Shown here one piece after another: positions 29,480-32,000 of a stretch of 32,000 bases of DNA. A program made the position numbers and the translations under genes. Origin of the DNA: Candidatus Saccharimonadota bacterium. Lineage in GTDB: Bacteria > Bacteroidota > Bacteroidia > Flavobacteriales > Blattabacteriaceae. The notes under the pieces are model-generated. The model had not been told where the DNA came from and made no database searches. It saw nothing but the letters and a program-made list of their open reading frames with translations. The stretch spans positions 150,001 through 182,000 of the forward strand of contig NZ_CP021172.1 of NCBI RefSeq assembly GCF_002243425.1, in the 5' to 3' direction. Position 1 is the stretch's first letter. Each line of letters starts with the position of its first letter.

Positions 29480-30451
29480 TTATGTATGTAAGTATGATAG
29501 TAATATTTCTTTACGAGAAGATTTTTTTAATCTTTTAATTGCATGCATTTCTATTTGTCTGCAACGTTCTCTAGTTAATCTTAATAGATATGCTATTTTT
29601 TCTAAATTCATAGAAAAACATCCTAATCCATAATGTAATGTAATGATTTGAGATTCTCTTTCTGAAAGAGTTTCTAATAACATTTTTATATCTTGTTGAA
29701 GAGATTCTTTTTCTAAAGAGTGATCAGTTTTAGGTGATTCATAAATTTTTATCACATCATATAAATTAGAATTATCTCCATCACCAATAGGGGCATCTAA
29801 AGATGTATGTTTAATTGAATTTATCAGAGCTTCCTCAACATCTTTTTCACTTACATTTAAATAGTCACTAATATATTTTATTGATGGAGGCATTTTAAGT
29901 TTTTGTTCTAATTTAGAATATGTTTTATTAACTTTATTATAAAAAGCTAGTTTGTTTGTAGGATAACGTACACAACGAGCTTTATCCGATATAGCTTGTA
30001 ATATAGATTGTCTTATCCACCAGACACAATAAGAAATACATTTAAATCCTTTTCTTTCATCAAAACGATTTATACCTTTTATGAGACCAAAATTTCCTTC
30101 ATTAATTAAATCAGAGAAACTTAATCCTTGATTTTGATATTGTTTTGCTACAGAAATTACAAATCTTAAATTAGCTTTAACTAAATTATCAATTGCGTAT
30201 TTTTTTATTCCCTTTTTAGAAAATTTTTTGATTAATACTGCGGTTAATTTTTTTATTTTTACTATAACTATACTTTTTTTTTTGAATATTGATTCTATTT
30301 CAGAATTATAAATAGATCCTAATCGAGCTAATTTAGCCCAAAAAAATTCTTCTTCTTGACTTAATAATGGTATATTACTTATTTCAAGTAAAAATTTATC
30401 TAAATACTCAGATTCACCATTAGGAATAGTTATAAGGTTTTGTTTTTTCAT
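29480..30451 (-). CDS. rpoD: RNA polymerase primary sigma factor (sigma-70 family, Bacteroidetes sigma-A type)
   Basis: Region 2: LRFVISVAKQYQNQGLSFSDLINEGNFGLIKGINRFD and YCVWWIRQSI. Region 3: SLDAPIGDGDNSNLYDVI. Region 4: LTRERCRQIEMHAIKRLK. It is 323 aa and includes an insertion of about 39 aa after region 1.2. Confidence 0.92.
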   Translation of the reverse strand: MKKQNLITIPNGESEYLDKFLLEISNIPLLSQEEEFFWAKLARLGSIYNSEIESIFKKKSIVIVKIKKLTAVLIKKFSKKGIKKYAIDNLVKANLRFVISVAKQYQNQGLSFSDLINEGNFGLIKGINRFDERKGFKCISYCVWWIRQSILQAISDKARCVRYPTNKLAFYNKVNKTYSKLEQKLKMPPSIKYISDYLNVSEKDVEEALINSIKHTSLDAPIGDGDNSNLYDVIKIYESPKTDHSLEKESLQQDIKMLLETLSERESQIITLHYGLGCFSMNLEKIAYLLRLTRERCRQIEMHAIKRLKKSSRKEILLSYLHT

Positions 30452-30478
30452 ATTAAAAAAGGGTTTGAAGTTTTCATT

Positions 30479-32000
30479 TTAAATATATTTAAAAATAAAA
30501 TTATAATTACGAGAAAAAATCATTTTATGAGATAATTTAATTTTTACAAATTTCTTATTTTTTCCCAAATATTTTACAGAGATTATATCTCCTATTCTTA
30601 TAAAACTTTCTACTTTAGTTAATCTTTTCCAAGAAATTTCAGATATATGTAATAACCCTTCTACAGATTTAGATATTTCAACAAAAACACCAAATTTTTT
30701 TCTATTTTTAACTTTAGCTTTATAAATTTTTCCGACTTTAGGAACAAAAGTAATGTTTTTTATTTTTAAAATTGCTATTTTTAGTTTTGTTTCATTTTTT
30801 CCTAAAATTTCAATTACACCTAAACCACTTTTTTCTTTTATTTTAATATTAGTTTCTGTAGAAAATTGTATTTCTTGTATTATTTTTCCTCCAGAACCAA
30901 TTACAGCTCCTATCAATTTTTTTTGTATATAAAAAGTATAAATTTTAGGAGCTGTAATCTTCAGTGATTTTCTAGGACAACTTAAAGTTGTAAGCATCTT
31001 TTTTATTATAAATAATAACCCTTTTTTGGCTTTAAAAATTGTATTTGATAATACATCATAAGTAATTCCAGATATTTTAATATCCATTTGACATGCTGTA
31101 ATACCATATTCAGTACCTGTCATTTTAAAATCCATATCCCCTATATAGTCTTCATCTCCTAATATATCTGAAAGAATTATGGCTTCACCTGTTAAATAAT
31201 TCATAATTAACCCCATAGAGATTCCTGAAACAGGTCTTTTCACAGTAATCCCTGCATCCATTAATGCTAATGTACTAGCACATACAGTAGCCATAGAAGA
31301 AGATCCATTTGATTCTAATACATCTGATACTACTCTTATAGTATAAGGAGTTACAAAAGGTATTATATTTTTTAAAGCACGTTGAGCTAAATTTCCATGT
31401 CCAATTTCCCGTCTGGATACTCCTTTTATTAATTTAATTTCTCCAGTTGAAAAAGGAGGGAAATTATAATGTAAGTAAAATCTTTGTTTAGCTCGCAAAA
31501 TAGCATTATCAATTTTATTAACATCTAATGATGAACCTAAAGTAACTGTAGATAATGCTTGTGTTTCTCCTCTTGTAAAAATTGCAGATCCATGTACACC
31601 AGGCAAACAATCTACTTTACTCCAAATATTTCTAATATCATCTAATGATCTACCATCTATACGAAGATTTTCTTTAAAAAGAAGATTTTTTATTATTTCT
31701 TTTTTGATTTCATCAAAGATAATATCTATTTCAATATTATTAATTACAATGCTTTCATTATAAAAATGAAATTTGATTTTTTTAAAAATATTATCAATTT
31801 GTTTTGAACGTTTTTGTTTAAATAAACAACTTTTATAGATATAATAAATATCTTCATAATATAAAAATTTGATTTTTTCTTTTATATAAAAAACGTTTAA
31901 ATTAAAATTAATATATTTATAATAATAATTATACAGATTAGACAATCTTGAATTGTATAATTTTTTATTTTTAGTAATTAAACTAATTTGAGCTTCAATT
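30479..32000 (-). CDS. pnp: Polyribonucleotide nucleotidyltransferase (PNPase), C-terminal ~500 aa; the 5' end lies beyond the window
   Basis: Second RNase PH domain (RIDGRSLDDIR, TRGETQALS, SNGSSSMA), KH domain (LIGAVIGSGGK) and S1 domain (GVFVEISKSVEGLLHISEIS). The frame stays open from the track's TTG (31945) to nt 32000, so the gene continues off-window. Confidence 0.9.
   Translation of the reverse strand, partial: IEAQISLITKNKKLYNSRLSNLYNYYYKYINFNLNVFYIKEKIKFLYYEDIYYIYKSCLFKQKRSKQIDNIFKKIKFHFYNESIVINNIEIDIIFDEIKKEIIKNLLFKENLRIDGRSLDDIRNIWSKVDCLPGVHGSAIFTRGETQALSTVTLGSSLDVNKIDNAILRAKQRFYLHYNFPPFSTGEIKLIKGVSRREIGHGNLAQRALKNIIPFVTPYTIRVVSDVLESNGSSSMATVCASTLALMDAGITVKRPVSGISMGLIMNYLTGEAIILSDILGDEDYIGDMDFKMTGTEYGITACQMDIKISGITYDVLSNTIFKAKKGLLFIIKKMLTTLSCPRKSLKITAPKIYTFYIQKKLIGAVIGSGGKIIQEIQFSTETNIKIKEKSGLGVIEILGKNETKLKIAILKIKNITFVPKVGKIYKAKVKNRKKFGVFVEISKSVEGLLHISEISWKRLTKVESFIRIGDIISVKYLGKNKKFVKIKLSHKMIFSRNYNFIFKYI

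Noticed and set aside
31943-31945. TTG at 31945 as the pnp start codon, as the ORF track implies.
   Set aside because: The frame remains open to nt 32000. The first RNase PH domain of PNPase is missing from the in-window part, so the gene simply continues beyond the window edge.

Overview
The window is extremely AT-rich and almost entirely coding: 31 protein genes and 4 tRNAs, with most spacers under 60 bp. Standard code leaves every gene intact, and no Shine-Dalgarno sequences are visible. The proteins are of Flavobacteriia type: GroEL/GroES, a RpoD of about 320 aa, a bifunctional DAHP synthase/chorismate mutase, and DUF3127 and START-like families. Together with the gene content (aroE, aroG/CM, pheA, aroA, asd, an aminotransferase, sufBCDS, sucAB, lpdA, pdhB), this points to a tiny-genome obligate insect endosymbiont, 'Candidatus Sulcia'-like. 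That assignment is an inference from memory, not a database search. I see no mobile elements, CRISPR, defence or toxin loci, rRNA, or horizontally acquired island, and I cannot support a novel multi-gene system here. The notable signals are small-scale. (1) infB's conserved N-terminal coding sequence is separated from its only upstream ATG by an A15 tract with a one-nucleotide frame offset. (2) An 18-bp tandem repeat spans the miaB stop codon. (3) aroA carries a perfect in-frame 21-bp duplication next to an active-site motif. (4) A 12-bp tandem-repeat spacer between rpoD and pdhB stays open on both strands. (5) A DUF3127-type OB-fold protein carries an SSB-like ...EDFPF tail. (6) lpdA contains a G10 tract, and long A/T homopolymers sit inside other intact genes. 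(7) RpoD has a lineage-specific insertion, L32 has a tail extension, and two convergent gene pairs share TTAA stop codons.
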